In this document: in pieces, positions 30,983-40,492 of the stretch | Numbering within the stretch: the stretch's first letter is position 1 | Layout: each line of letters begins with the position of its first letter | NCBI GenBank assembly: GCA_038231275.1 | Contig: JBBRLQ010000028.1 | Coordinates: 32,001-96,000, forward strand | Direction of reading: 5' to 3' | DNA: 64,000 nt | DNA from: Polyangiales bacterium | GTDB lineage: Bacteria; Myxococcota_A; Polyangia; Polyangiales; Polyangiaceae | Made by a program: the position numbers and the translations under genes | Notes under the pieces: generated by a model | Database searches by the model: none | Seen by the model: only the letters and a program-made list of their open reading frames with translations | What the model was told of the DNA's origin: nothing

Positions 30983-32292
30983 CGCGCCGCGCCGATGGCC
31001 GCGCGCAAGCGGCTCTCCGAGTCGATGAGGAACGTCGCGCCGGACACGACACGCTCCCCCGCGGCGAGGCCGGACTCGATGACGGTGTCGTCGCCGTGTG
31101 CGCCGCCGAGCGTGACCGCGCGCGGAACGTAGCGGCCCTCGGCTTCCACGACGAAGAGGTACGCCGCGGTCCCGGTGTCGACGATGGCGTCGCGCGGAAC
31201 GGTGATGACGTCGCGCGCGGCGGTCTCCAGCAGGGCGACGCCGTACTCCCCGGGGCGCAGCGCGTGACGAGCGTTCTTGACCTGCATGCGGACGCGGGTG
31301 GTGCGCGCCTCGGCGTCGAGGACGGGATAGACGAGATCGACGGTCGTGGCGACGGCGTCCTCTGCGCGGCCATTCGGCGTAAATTTGCCGGCGAGGCCGG
31401 TCTTCACGAGCTTCATGTCCCGCTGGAAGACATCGGCGACCACGTACACCCGCGACAGGTCGACGAGCTCGTAGAGCACCATCTCGGGCGTGACGTACGA
31501 GCCGAGGACGACGCCCTTCTTCGCCACGTAGCCCCCTTGCGGCGCGGTGACGGGGATGGCGCGCATGGCCTGGCCGGACGCGAGCACTTGGTCGACGTCC
31601 TTGGCCGCCATGCCGAGCAGCTCCAGCTTGCTGCGCGCACGGTCCGACGCGCGCGCGCCGGCGTCGCCCTCCCACGTGCGCGTGGCGAGGAGCTCGGCCT
31701 CGGCCTGGAAGATCTCGGGGCTGTAGAGGAGAAAGAGCGTCTGCCCGCGGCCGACCGTCACGCCGAGCTGCGCGGCGTCGATGCGCTCGACGAAGCCCGA
31801 CGCGCGGACGTGCACCTCGGCGACGGACTGATCCGCCGGCGCGATCGACGCGGTGACGCGGAGCGGCTCGCCGGACTTCTCGGCGCGGGCCAGCGCGGTG
31901 CGTACGCCGATCGCTTGAACGCGATCGAGCGGGAGGTCCACCGTCGTCGTGCCGGGAGGCAGCCCCGCCGCGTCTCCCTGCGCATCGGCGGCGCCTGCGT
32001 CCGCCGAGCCACCTGCGCGGGCCGACGTGATCGGCTCGAGCGCCATGTGGCAGATCGGGCACTCGCCGGGCTCGTCCGAGACGACCTGCGGGTGCATCGG
32101 ACATTGGTATTTCCAGACGTGCGCGTGCCCCGCCGCGCTGGAGGAAGGGTGCTGCGCCTGCGCGAGGGTGAGGAGGCTGCCTACGGCGAGGAGCGCGGCG
32201 AGCGCGAGGATGATCCATCGCACCACGGCCATCACGCGCACGCCTCGCGGCGGCGGCTCGGCGCCTTCGGGCATCGGATGCTCATCGGACAT
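30979..32292 (-). CDS. cusB: CusB-family RND adaptor with heavy-metal-binding domain
   Basis: YQCPMHPQV..PGECPICHMAL, LYSPE, FLIDSESRL. Confidence 0.9.
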   Translation of the reverse strand: MSDEHPMPEGAEPPPRGVRVMAVVRWIILALAALLAVGSLLTLAQAQHPSSSAAGHAHVWKYQCPMHPQVVSDEPGECPICHMALEPITSARAGGSADAGAADAQGDAAGLPPGTTTVDLPLDRVQAIGVRTALARAEKSGEPLRVTASIAPADQSVAEVHVRASGFVERIDAAQLGVTVGRGQTLFLLYSPEIFQAEAELLATRTWEGDAGARASDRARSKLELLGMAAKDVDQVLASGQAMRAIPVTAPQGGYVAKKGVVLGSYVTPEMVLYELVDLSRVYVVADVFQRDMKLVKTGLAGKFTPNGRAEDAVATTVDLVYPVLDAEARTTRVRMQVKNARHALRPGEYGVALLETAARDVITVPRDAIVDTGTAAYLFVVEAEGRYVPRAVTLGGAHGDDTVIESGLAAGERVVSGATFLIDSESRLRAAIGAAR

Positions 32293-33619
32293 GGTCGCCT
32301 CCGCTCGTCGTAGTGCTGGTGAGGGGGACGCGTGGAATCGCCAGGCCTGCCGCCGCGTCGAGATCGGCGAGCGCGTGGTCGAGGGTCGCGCGCGCGGCGA
32401 CGATCTCGAGATCGACGTCCACGACGCCGCGCTCCGCCACGAGGGCGACGGACATCTCGGTGCGCGCGCTCTCGTAGCCGGTCCACGCGACGTCGAAGGC
32501 GCGCTTCACCGCGGGCTTGGCGCGCGAGGCAAGGGCGTCGAGGCGCCGGGCCGCGCTGCGGGTGGCGGCCTCGGCGGTGGCCACGTCGACGTCGATGGCG
32601 AGTTGCTGCCCGAGCGACTCGTCGGTCGCCGCCTCCAGCTTCTCGCGTTCGACGTCACGACGCGCTCCGGCGGCACCCCAGAGCCACGGCAGCGTCATCT
32701 GTGCGTTGACGCCGTAGCCATGCGCCGGCATCGGCCCGACCGGCGCGAAGTACAGCGCCGCCACCTTGAACGACGGCCACGTCGCCTCGCGATCCGCCGC
32801 AGCGTGCTCGCGCGACTGCGCTTCGCGCGCCGCGTTAGCGCCACGAAGCTCGGGTCGCGTCGCGCGCGCTTTCGCGAGGAGCGTCGCGGCGTCCCACGCG
32901 GGGACCTCCGGGGCGCCCACCACCGGCGGGCCGAGCGGCGCCCCGAGATCGCGACCGAGGAGCGCGTTGATGCGCGCGCGCGCCGCCTGCTCGCGCGCCG
33001 CGTCGGTCTCCACGTCGGCATGAACGCGTGCGATCTCCGCCTCGAGCTGCGCGACCTCCACCAGAGACCCGCCCGCCGCCTGCCGCGCCTCGGCGACCTG
33101 GAGCATGCGCGCGTCGACGTCACGGTGCGCCAGGTGAATGGCGTGCCGGGCGGTCGCTTCTGCGTAGTCGGCGAAGACGTGCTCGGCGTCGCGCGTAACG
33201 AGGCGCGCCCGATCGTCGGCCATCGCCTCGCCCTCGCGTGAGAGCGCGACCTTCGCGGCCTCACGCTCTCCCCGCGCTCCCGGCGACGGAAATTCCTGTT
33301 CGACGCCGAACATCGCCATCTGCGCGTCGCCGATCGCGTACGGCCGCGCCAGCGGTACCTGCCAGACCTGCACCATCGCGCTCGGGGGCGGCAGGCGCGA
33401 CACGGCGTCCCCTTCGCGCGCCATCGCGCGTGCTCGCCCCTTGGCGGCACGGATCCCAGGGCTCCGCGCGACGGCGGCGCGCACGAGCGCGGGCCGTTCG
33501 ACTCCTGCGCCGAACGATCCATCGGCGGAGGGGCTCTCGGATGCGTGTAGAGTGCATGCGTACGCAGCGATGGCGCACGCGAGCGCGCCCGCGCGGCGCG
33601 CACGAAGGTTCGTGGACAT
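32282..33619 (-). CDS. TolC/CusC-family outer membrane factor
   Basis: EQEFPSPG, MTLPW, OEP helical repeats; operonic with cusBA. Confidence 0.85.
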   Translation of the reverse strand: MSTNLRARRAGALACAIAAYACTLHASESPSADGSFGAGVERPALVRAAVARSPGIRAAKGRARAMAREGDAVSRLPPPSAMVQVWQVPLARPYAIGDAQMAMFGVEQEFPSPGARGEREAAKVALSREGEAMADDRARLVTRDAEHVFADYAEATARHAIHLAHRDVDARMLQVAEARQAAGGSLVEVAQLEAEIARVHADVETDAAREQAARARINALLGRDLGAPLGPPVVGAPEVPAWDAATLLAKARATRPELRGANAAREAQSREHAAADREATWPSFKVAALYFAPVGPMPAHGYGVNAQMTLPWLWGAAGARRDVEREKLEAATDESLGQQLAIDVDVATAEAATRSAARRLDALASRAKPAVKRAFDVAWTGYESARTEMSVALVAERGVVDVDLEIVAARATLDHALADLDAAAGLAIPRVPLTSTTTSGGDHVR

Positions 33620-33714
33620 GACGGCTTCTCCCGACGAGACGTGGACCGGCCGCGCGCAACGCGCGGCGACCAAGGCAGGCCAAAGGCGAGGTGCCTGGGC
33701 CTGCCCCTACCGCC

Positions 33715-34167
33715 TCAAATCAAGAAGACGCCGTGGAGGGCACACCGCTCCGGTGCCGTCGGTGGTGGCGATTCGATTGCGCCTCCGGCGATCGTGCGTC
33801 GCGGTGCCGGGGCGAGCGCCGCCGGTGCCGTCGTTACACGAGGGAGTACCGCGAGGAGTGGCGCCGCACGGACGGTCTCAGGCGCGCGCGCCGTCGCATC
33901 GGGGAGGCGCGCGAGGGCGAGCCCTTCGCAGCATTGGTCCTGATCGTCGAGCCGAGCCGAATCGGCGCCCGCCCCGTCGTCGTCCCCGTCCTGATGATCG
34001 CTGGCGCAGCACGGCCGTTCTGCGAGGCTCCCCATCGCCGCGCAGAAGAAGACGCGCGCGCCCGATCGAAATGCGCCGCAGACCAGCGCCGTCGCGACCA
34101 CGCACGCCGCGAGGGCAGGCCACAGCCTGCGCGCGGAGCGGAGCCATCGAGGCGCACGACGGAGCAT
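33715..34167 (-). CDS. Cys-rich small protein upstream of the cus operon (HYC_CC_PP-like)
   Basis: TM, FFC..M, PCC, CCE, SPPP, C-terminal HGVFLI. Confidence 0.6.
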   Translation of the reverse strand: MLRRAPRWLRSARRLWPALAACVVATALVCGAFRSGARVFFCAAMGSLAERPCCASDHQDGDDDGAGADSARLDDQDQCCEGLALARLPDATARAPETVRAAPLLAVLPRVTTAPAALAPAPRRTIAGGAIESPPPTAPERCALHGVFLI

Positions 34168-34503
34168 GCCCCTAGCGTAGCACTACTGCGAGAGATCCCG
34201 TTCCTGCCGACAGTTGGTTTCGATCGAGCTGCGGCAGCGGGACGACCGGGGAGCCCGGCGCCACGTTCGCTCGGGTCAGCATGATCGCATGGCGTATCGG
34301 CGCCTCCCGCCGCGCACCGCGGCCCTGCGCCGGCCACGCCGGGTCGTCCCGCTGCCGCGGTTCGGCAGCACCCTCATTTGAGCCTCGGACGTCGATGTCT
34401 CGCAGTAGTGCTAGGCGCGCACCGAGGTCGCGCAATGTGTGCTTCGTCCGCGACGCTCGACCGCGCCCCGATGCTGGTACGCTCTCCGGCTAGAGAACGC
34501 CCC

Positions 34504-35637
34504 ATGGGAAAACAGCTTCGCGTCGGCATCTTCGTCCTCGTCGGTATCGTGCTCATGGGGGCGGTCATCTTCGTCATCGGCGACAACCGCCAGATCTGGT
34601 CGCGCAAGGTCACCTACCGCGGCGACTTCGCGGACGTCGCGGGTCTCAAGGCCGGCGCGCCCGTTCGAATGGGCGGCGTCGACATCGGCGCCGTCACCGC
34701 CGTCGAGCACGGCGATCAGGTCTCCGACCCGAAGATCCACGTTCAAATCTCCGTCGTTCGCACCGAGGGCCGGCGCATCCGCGTCGAGACGATCGCGCGC
34801 ATCGTCAACAAGGGCCTCCTCGGCGACAAGATGGTGGAGCTCAGCGTCGTCGACGGCAAAAGCCCCGAGCTCGATCCCTCCCAGGCGATGAAGACCGAGG
34901 AGCCGCTCGACTTCGGTAAGTACATCGCGAAGTTCGAGAGCATCGCGCAGAAGACCGAGAAGGTCGTCGAGAACGCCGAGCGCGCGACGAGCGCCCTCTC
35001 CAATCCCGAGTTCACCGACGACGTCCGGGGCAGCATGAAATCGCTGCGCGCGATCCTCGACGGCATCGCCCAGAACGACGGCGCCGCCCATCGCTTCATC
35101 TTCGACCCCGAGGAGGGAAAGAAGATCGATCGCACGCTCACGAACCTCGAGAACGCGACGTCCAACCTGAACGCGACGCTCGCCGACGTGCGCGCCGTGA
35201 CCACCCAGATCAAGAGCGGCAATGGCCTCGCGCACGCCGTTGTCTACGACGCCGACATGACGAACGACGCGGCCGGCGCGATCAAGGAGGTCCACGGCGA
35301 TCTCGTCGCGATCCGCCAGGGCAACGGCCTCATCCACTCGCTCGTCTACGGCGACAGCGAGACGCAGCACATGATGGGCAACGTGAACGCCATCAGCGAC
35401 GACCTGCGGGTCGTCGTCGCCAACATGCGCGCGGGGAAGGGCACGCTCGGCGCGCTCCTCGTCGATCCCAGCGTGTACGAGGACATCAAGGCGATCGTCG
35501 GCAACGTGGATCGCAACCAGGTCCTGCGCGCGCTCGTTCGTTATTCCATCAAGGCTGACGAGCAGAGGCCCGGCGCCAAGGTGGACGTGCCGCCCCCGCC
35601 GCCGCGCCCTGCTATTGCGCCGCCGCCACCGAAGTGA
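34504..35637 (+). CDS. MlaD/MCE family protein
   Basis: LRVGIFVLVG TM, VAGLKAGAPVRMGGVDIG, GLLGDKMV, helical C-terminus GKGTLGALL.DP. Confidence 0.92.
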   Translation: MGKQLRVGIFVLVGIVLMGAVIFVIGDNRQIWSRKVTYRGDFADVAGLKAGAPVRMGGVDIGAVTAVEHGDQVSDPKIHVQISVVRTEGRRIRVETIARIVNKGLLGDKMVELSVVDGKSPELDPSQAMKTEEPLDFGKYIAKFESIAQKTEKVVENAERATSALSNPEFTDDVRGSMKSLRAILDGIAQNDGAAHRFIFDPEEGKKIDRTLTNLENATSNLNATLADVRAVTTQIKSGNGLAHAVVYDADMTNDAAGAIKEVHGDLVAIRQGNGLIHSLVYGDSETQHMMGNVNAISDDLRVVVANMRAGKGTLGALLVDPSVYEDIKAIVGNVDRNQVLRALVRYSIKADEQRPGAKVDVPPPPPRPAIAPPPPK

Positions 35638-36196
35638 CGTGACCGCCGGCAGGCGCCGGGTTCTTCCACCACTTCTCCGTCGAGCCTTGGCGATCGACGG
35701 TCAGGCGCAGCAAATCGATCTCGAGGACGGCGAAGAAGCCCTGCGCCGACGGACTTCCCGCGAGGTTCAGGAATTCTGCGCCGACGCCGAGCTGGAAGCC
35801 CCATGGCGCGCCACCGGTGAGGACGGCCTGGAGCGGCAGGCGACCGTAGTCGCCGTACTTCCAGAAGCGGCCGACGACGCCGGCGTCGAACGCCAGGCCC
35901 CACTCGCCGCGCGCGAAGCCGCCGGTCGCGATGCGCGGGCTCACGCTGATGTCCGTCCCCAACGTGAAGTGCGTGAGCATGCGGAAGACACCGCCGACCA
36001 CGAAGCGGTTCAGCGGGGACGAGCCGACGCCGACCGTGCCGGTGAAGGCGGTGGCGCGATCGTTCGAGGTAGTGACCGAGTTCTTCTCGAAGCCGTAGCC
36101 ACCGCCGAGGGCGAGCCAGCTCGTCACGTCGGCGCGCGCGGGCGCGGCCAATAGGAGCAGGCCGGCGGTCAGGGTCGGAACGAGGGCGCGTCGCAC
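35612..36196 (-). CDS. Secreted/outer-membrane hypothetical protein
   Basis: Signal peptide ending PARA; alternating beta strands. Confidence 0.65.
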   Translation of the reverse strand: MRRALVPTLTAGLLLLAAPARADVTSWLALGGGYGFEKNSVTTSNDRATAFTGTVGVGSSPLNRFVVGGVFRMLTHFTLGTDISVSPRIATGGFARGEWGLAFDAGVVGRFWKYGDYGRLPLQAVLTGGAPWGFQLGVGAEFLNLAGSPSAQGFFAVLEIDLLRLTVDRQGSTEKWWKNPAPAGGHVTSVAAAQ

Positions 36197-36216
36197 GCCT
36201 TGCCGATTACCATGGT

Positions 36217-36912
36217 TCAGCCCGTCTTGGCGAGCAGGCTGGCGGCGGGTGCGCTGGCGGCGGACCGGCGCGCGGCGACCTGCGCGGCGACGATGCGGAC
36301 GACCTCGCGATCGAAGAGGAGCGAGTTGTGGCTGCGGCCGGCGAGCACGACGACCTCCCCGTGGTGGAACGCGCCGCTCTCTTGCGGCACGACGAGGTGA
36401 TCCTCCCCGGCGATGATCGACGTGTGTGGCACGCGATCGGCGTAGGGGCTCACGCGGAGGCGCGCCAGTGTCGCGCTCTCCTCGTGGAGATCGCGACCCA
36501 CGAAGAACGGGAGCTTGCGCGCGAGCGGCGCGCCGCGGAAGGGGCTCGCCATCGAGATCGTCTGCGTCACGCGCGCGTGGCCCCCGAGCTCCTGCACGTA
36601 CCAGCGCGCGACGATGCCGCCGAGGCTGTGCCCGACGATGTGGACGCGCGATGTGATCGGGATGCGATCCACGACGCGCGCGAGCTTCCGCGCGATCGTC
36701 CGCACGGACTGCCCCGGCGCGTGCGTGAACGACGCGACGTGCGCGCCTGTCTCGCGCTCGATCCGCGCGCGCATCGGCCGAAATGCCCCGGCACTCGCGA
36801 AGAAGCCGTGGATGAGCACCACGACGTCGTCGCCGGCGCCCGCGTCGGGCACCACCGGCGAGAGATCGCGCGGCCAGAGCACCGCCTGGCGCAGCGTCGA
36901 AATCGTCTCCAT
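36217..36912 (-). CDS. Alpha/beta hydrolase (esterase/lipase)
   Basis: VVLIHG, GHSLGG nucleophile motif, DHLV, SHN. Confidence 0.88.
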   Translation of the reverse strand: METISTLRQAVLWPRDLSPVVPDAGAGDDVVVLIHGFFASAGAFRPMRARIERETGAHVASFTHAPGQSVRTIARKLARVVDRIPITSRVHIVGHSLGGIVARWYVQELGGHARVTQTISMASPFRGAPLARKLPFFVGRDLHEESATLARLRVSPYADRVPHTSIIAGEDHLVVPQESGAFHHGEVVVLAGRSHNSLLFDREVVRIVAAQVAARRSAASAPAASLLAKTG

Positions 36913-37030
36913 CCCCCATATTCGACCGCGAAGGGCGCTCTGGCCCAGCTTGGGGAGAAGGGGCATCGCCCCAACTCGTTGCATCTTTCGTGCACGCGAG
37001 GCGAGTTTTCGGCAGTAGAAGAGGTGCGGA

Positions 37031-37471
37031 ATGGAGCCCGTCCCCTTCACCCTCGCCCGCGTCGTTCAGGACGACGACATCGACATGCTCGGGCACGCGA
37101 GCAACATCGCGATAGTAAGGTGGATTCAGGACGTCGCCGTCGCGCATTCGGAGGCGGTCGGGCTGGGGTTCGAGGCGTACGCGCGGCTCGGCGCGGTCTT
37201 CGTCATTCGACGCAACGAGATCGACTACCTGCGTCCGCTCTTACGCGGTGACGAGCTGCAGGTGCGTACGTGGATTTCCAACGTGGCCGCCGCGAAGTGC
37301 CAGCGCGCGACGGAGATCCGGAAGGCGGATCTCGTCTGCGCGCGCTCGCTCACGACCTGGGGCTTCGTGGACGCGCGCAGCGGAAGGCCCACCCGTATCG
37401 CCGACGAAATACGCGAGGCGTTCGGCTACTCGCGCCGCGAGCGCGGTCCGTCGCCGGTGACCCAGACGTGA
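37031..37471 (+). CDS. Acyl-CoA thioesterase (hotdog fold)
   Basis: DIDMLGHASN, EIDYLRPL..GD, GRPTRI. Confidence 0.88.
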   Translation: MEPVPFTLARVVQDDDIDMLGHASNIAIVRWIQDVAVAHSEAVGLGFEAYARLGAVFVIRRNEIDYLRPLLRGDELQVRTWISNVAAAKCQRATEIRKADLVCARSLTTWGFVDARSGRPTRIADEIREAFGYSRRERGPSPVTQT

Positions 37472-39438
37472 AAGTCGCGCGCTTCGCCGCCTGACGCGCG
37501 CAGCGTGATCGTGTCGCCGGCCGCGATGCCGTCGTGAAGCACGGCGCGCAGCATCGCCCATGCACCCGGCGCCGTCGGAACGGGTACGGTCTCCGCGCGC
37601 GAGGGCGAGCCGCCGCCGTGTGACGCTTCGACGACGAGTCGCGAGGTCGCGTCGGTGACGCGAACGAGGAGGGTCGCGGGTCGCGCGCCGCCCCTCACGA
37701 CGAAGCGCTCGGCGCGCCCCTCGGGCAAGATGCGTCCGGCGTCGAACACGCCACCGCGCACGTCGAGGACCGTCCAGCCGCCGTCGGGCGCCGGCGACGC
37801 GTACGCGTGGGCCTCCTCGCTGATCACGTCGGCGACGTCGAGCTCGTCCACCACGTCGGCGACGTCGACATCTTCCGCGTCGAGCGCGCTCCAGTCCGCC
37901 GTGTAGATCCCTTTCGTGGTGCCGCCGCAGATGACGTTGTCGTCGATCGTGACGCGACCGATCTCGTGGCCGAAGCGCGAGGTGATCGCTCCGAACCAGT
38001 TCGGATAGAGCGCGAGCAGCGTAGGTCGCTGCGCCGGCGGAAGCCGCTGGAGCAGCTCCACGGTCGCGGCCTCGCCATGCGTTGCCGCCCGCGCGAAGGG
38101 CACGGCGTGAAATCCGCCCAGACCGAGCGCATCGATCGCGTGGCGTTGCGAGACGTAGGGGATTGCGCCGGCGTCGCCAACGAGGACCACCGCGCTTGCC
38201 GGTGCGTCGCGCGCAAGGAGCCGCCCCACCGCGACCTGCTGGTCGTGCACGTTCCGCGAGGCGCGGCGAAAGTGGTCTGCCTGCCCGGCGATCTGCGGCG
38301 CAGCCAGGACCACAGCGAGGACTCCCGCCGCGGCCGAGAAGATACGCAAACGTCGCGCGCGCGCGATGGCCGCCACCCCGAGCGAGGACGCGACGACCAG
38401 GAGCGCGAGCGCGGGCGCGTAGTACCGAAAATTCTGGAAGCGCGCCGCGCCGTTCCACGAGACGAGGAGCGCCCATAGGATCGCGCCCGCGAGGCACGCT
38501 GCCGAGAGGCCGCGCGTCCGTCGAGACGCGAGCCCGGCGAGGGCGAGCGACGGCAGGACCATCCAGAGGCGCGGCCAGGGCGAGAGCTGCGCTTCGAGGA
38601 CGCGGAGATGAAAGCTCGCGAGGTTGACGACGAGCTCGCGCGCGCGGGCGACGTCGGAGAGGTACGGATTGCGTGAAAGCAGCTTGAGGATCGCGCCTGC
38701 GCTCATCGCGTCGCCGGTGAAGACGCGGTTGGTCGCGAGGACGCACGCCGTCACGAGCGCGCCAGGAAGACCGACGCGCGCGAGGGAAGCGAGGGCCGAC
38801 CGCGCCCCAGCGCGTCGCGCGACGAGCACCCCGAACGTGGCCACCAGGACGACCGCCTCCGGCCTCGTCGCCACGAGCACCGCTCCCCACGCGCCGCACG
38901 CCCATTGCGCGCGCGCGCGGGTCAAAGGCGGCGCTTCCCTCGCGCGCTTCACGGCGACGAGCGCGCGCCCGAGGACGCCGCCGAAGAGCGCCACCTCCAT
39001 CCCGCTGAGCCAGGCCCAATCGAGCGAGCCCACCGCGACCACCAGCGCGCTCGCGATCCACGCGACCCACCACGGCGACGGCCGCACGAGCTCGCGTACG
39101 GAACGCATCAGGACCACGAGCGAGGCGAGCGCCACGATCGCGGCCCACGCGCCGAGCCACAGACCGCGAAAGCCAATCAGGTAACCGATCGCGAGCACGA
39201 ACGGATAGAGCGGCGACGTCTCGCCCGACGAGAACCCTTGCCCCGCGATCCACTCGAACGGGTGCCCGCTCGCCGTCGCGCGGGCGAAGTCGTAGTGGAT
39301 GAACACGTCGTCGAGCGGCGCCGGCCAATCGCCTCCCGTGGCGACGAGCGCCGGCGCCCAGAAGGCGCACCCAACCACCACGGCGAGCGCCGCCGAGAAC
39401 AGAAGGTGGAGCCGGTCCTCCCGGCGGCCGTGCGGCAT
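37426..39438 (-). CDS. GT-C-like integral membrane glycosyltransferase
   Basis: PLDDVFIHYDFAR, GETSPLY, SGMEVAL, TRPE, DAGAIPY..IDALGL. Confidence 0.75.
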   Translation of the reverse strand: MPHGRREDRLHLLFSAALAVVVGCAFWAPALVATGGDWPAPLDDVFIHYDFARATASGHPFEWIAGQGFSSGETSPLYPFVLAIGYLIGFRGLWLGAWAAIVALASLVVLMRSVRELVRPSPWWVAWIASALVVAVGSLDWAWLSGMEVALFGGVLGRALVAVKRAREAPPLTRARAQWACGAWGAVLVATRPEAVVLVATFGVLVARRAGARSALASLARVGLPGALVTACVLATNRVFTGDAMSAGAILKLLSRNPYLSDVARARELVVNLASFHLRVLEAQLSPWPRLWMVLPSLALAGLASRRTRGLSAACLAGAILWALLVSWNGAARFQNFRYYAPALALLVVASSLGVAAIARARRLRIFSAAAGVLAVVLAAPQIAGQADHFRRASRNVHDQQVAVGRLLARDAPASAVVLVGDAGAIPYVSQRHAIDALGLGGFHAVPFARAATHGEAATVELLQRLPPAQRPTLLALYPNWFGAITSRFGHEIGRVTIDDNVICGGTTKGIYTADWSALDAEDVDVADVVDELDVADVISEEAHAYASPAPDGGWTVLDVRGGVFDAGRILPEGRAERFVVRGGARPATLLVRVTDATSRLVVEASHGGGSPSRAETVPVPTAPGAWAMLRAVLHDGIAAGDTITLRASGGEARDFHVWVTGDGPRSRRE

Positions 39439-39468
39439 CGTGTGGTAAGAGTACCGCCGGACCCCGCC

Positions 39469-39993
39469 ATGACGAAGTACGCCCCGCCCGAAGACGCCCA
39501 CGACCACGCGCACTGGGACGCCGTCGAAGAAGCGACGGAGATGCTGCACGAGGAGCGCTTCCACGAGGCGCTGGTCTTCCTGCGCGACGTCATCAAGGCC
39601 GACGCGAAGAACCCGTACGCGTATTTTTTCCTGGGCGTCGCGCTCTTCGAGAGCGGCGAGCTCGAGGCGTCGCGTGACGCGTACCGCGCGGCCCTGGCGG
39701 TCGCTCCGGCGCACCTCGGCGCGCGCATCGCGCTCTCGCACGTGCTCCGTCAGCTCGGCGATCTGCGCGAGGCGATCAAAGAGGGCACGCAGGCGCTCAG
39801 CCACGCGCCCGGCGACGGTGACGCGCTCTACGCCGTCGGTATGGCGTACTTCGCGCGCGGCGACAACGCGGCCGCCCGAAAGTACCTGACCGCGTTCCTC
39901 GACGCGCGCCCGGAGTTCGAAATCGCCACCGAGGTGAAGGGCATGCTCGGCTCGATGGGCAACGAGCGCCAGGACGAGGACGAGTCGAACTGA
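39469..39993 (+). CDS. TPR-repeat protein
   Basis: AYFFLGVALF, ARIALSHVL, ALYAVGMAYF TPR pattern. Confidence 0.85.
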   Translation: MTKYAPPEDAHDHAHWDAVEEATEMLHEERFHEALVFLRDVIKADAKNPYAYFFLGVALFESGELEASRDAYRAALAVAPAHLGARIALSHVLRQLGDLREAIKEGTQALSHAPGDGDALYAVGMAYFARGDNAAARKYLTAFLDARPEFEIATEVKGMLGSMGNERQDEDESN

Positions 39994-40002
39994 AGCGTCG
40001 CG

Positions 40003-40050
40003 CTCGTAACTGGTCACTCGTAACGGATCACTCGTACCGGGTCACTCGTC
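40003..40050. repeat. Imperfect 14-bp tandem repeat (about 3.5 copies) between convergent genes
   Basis: CTCGTAACTGGTCA / CTCGTAACGGATCA / CTCGTACCGGGTCA / CTCGTC. Confidence 0.85.
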
Positions 40051-40464
40051 GCTGATCTTCGTCAAGAGGCGGAGCAGCTCCTGGCGTTCGCGCGTCGTGA
40101 GCCGCGAGAAGCTCGCCGCCTCGGTCGCCTCCAGCGCCGTCTCGATGGCGCGCCGCCGCTTGGTGTCGAACGGCGCCGGCTCCACGCGGACCGCGCGCCC
40201 GTCCTTCGGATCTTCGACGCGCCGGACGAGCCCGGCCTTGTGCATTCGATCGATCGCGCCGGTCAACGTCCCGCTGCTGAGCGACAGCACCCGTTGGAGC
40301 TCGCCGATCTTCAACGGCCCTTCGATCCACAAAATCAAGAGGATGTGGGCTTGCTCCGCCGAGAGCTCGAAGGGGAGAAGCGCCCGGCTGCTCGCGCGGT
40401 TCACCTGACGGAAGGCTCGCACCAGCGCGTAGCCGAGCGAGCTCTTGATCCGATCATCTTGCAT
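40042..40464 (-). CDS. MarR-family transcriptional regulator
   Basis: LSAEQ..IL, GTLTGAIDRMHKAGLVRR..DPKDGR. Confidence 0.92.
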   Translation of the reverse strand: MQDDRIKSSLGYALVRAFRQVNRASSRALLPFELSAEQAHILLILWIEGPLKIGELQRVLSLSSGTLTGAIDRMHKAGLVRRVEDPKDGRAVRVEPAPFDTKRRRAIETALEATEAASFSRLTTRERQELLRLLTKISDE

Positions 40465-40484
40465 ACGAGATATTTATCTCGTAT
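40463..40484. promoter_or_regulatory. Perfect inverted repeat, probable MarR operator
   Basis: ATACGAGATA-TT-TATCTCGTAT between divergent marR and Rieske starts. Confidence 0.75.
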
Positions 40485-40492
40485 ACGAACGA

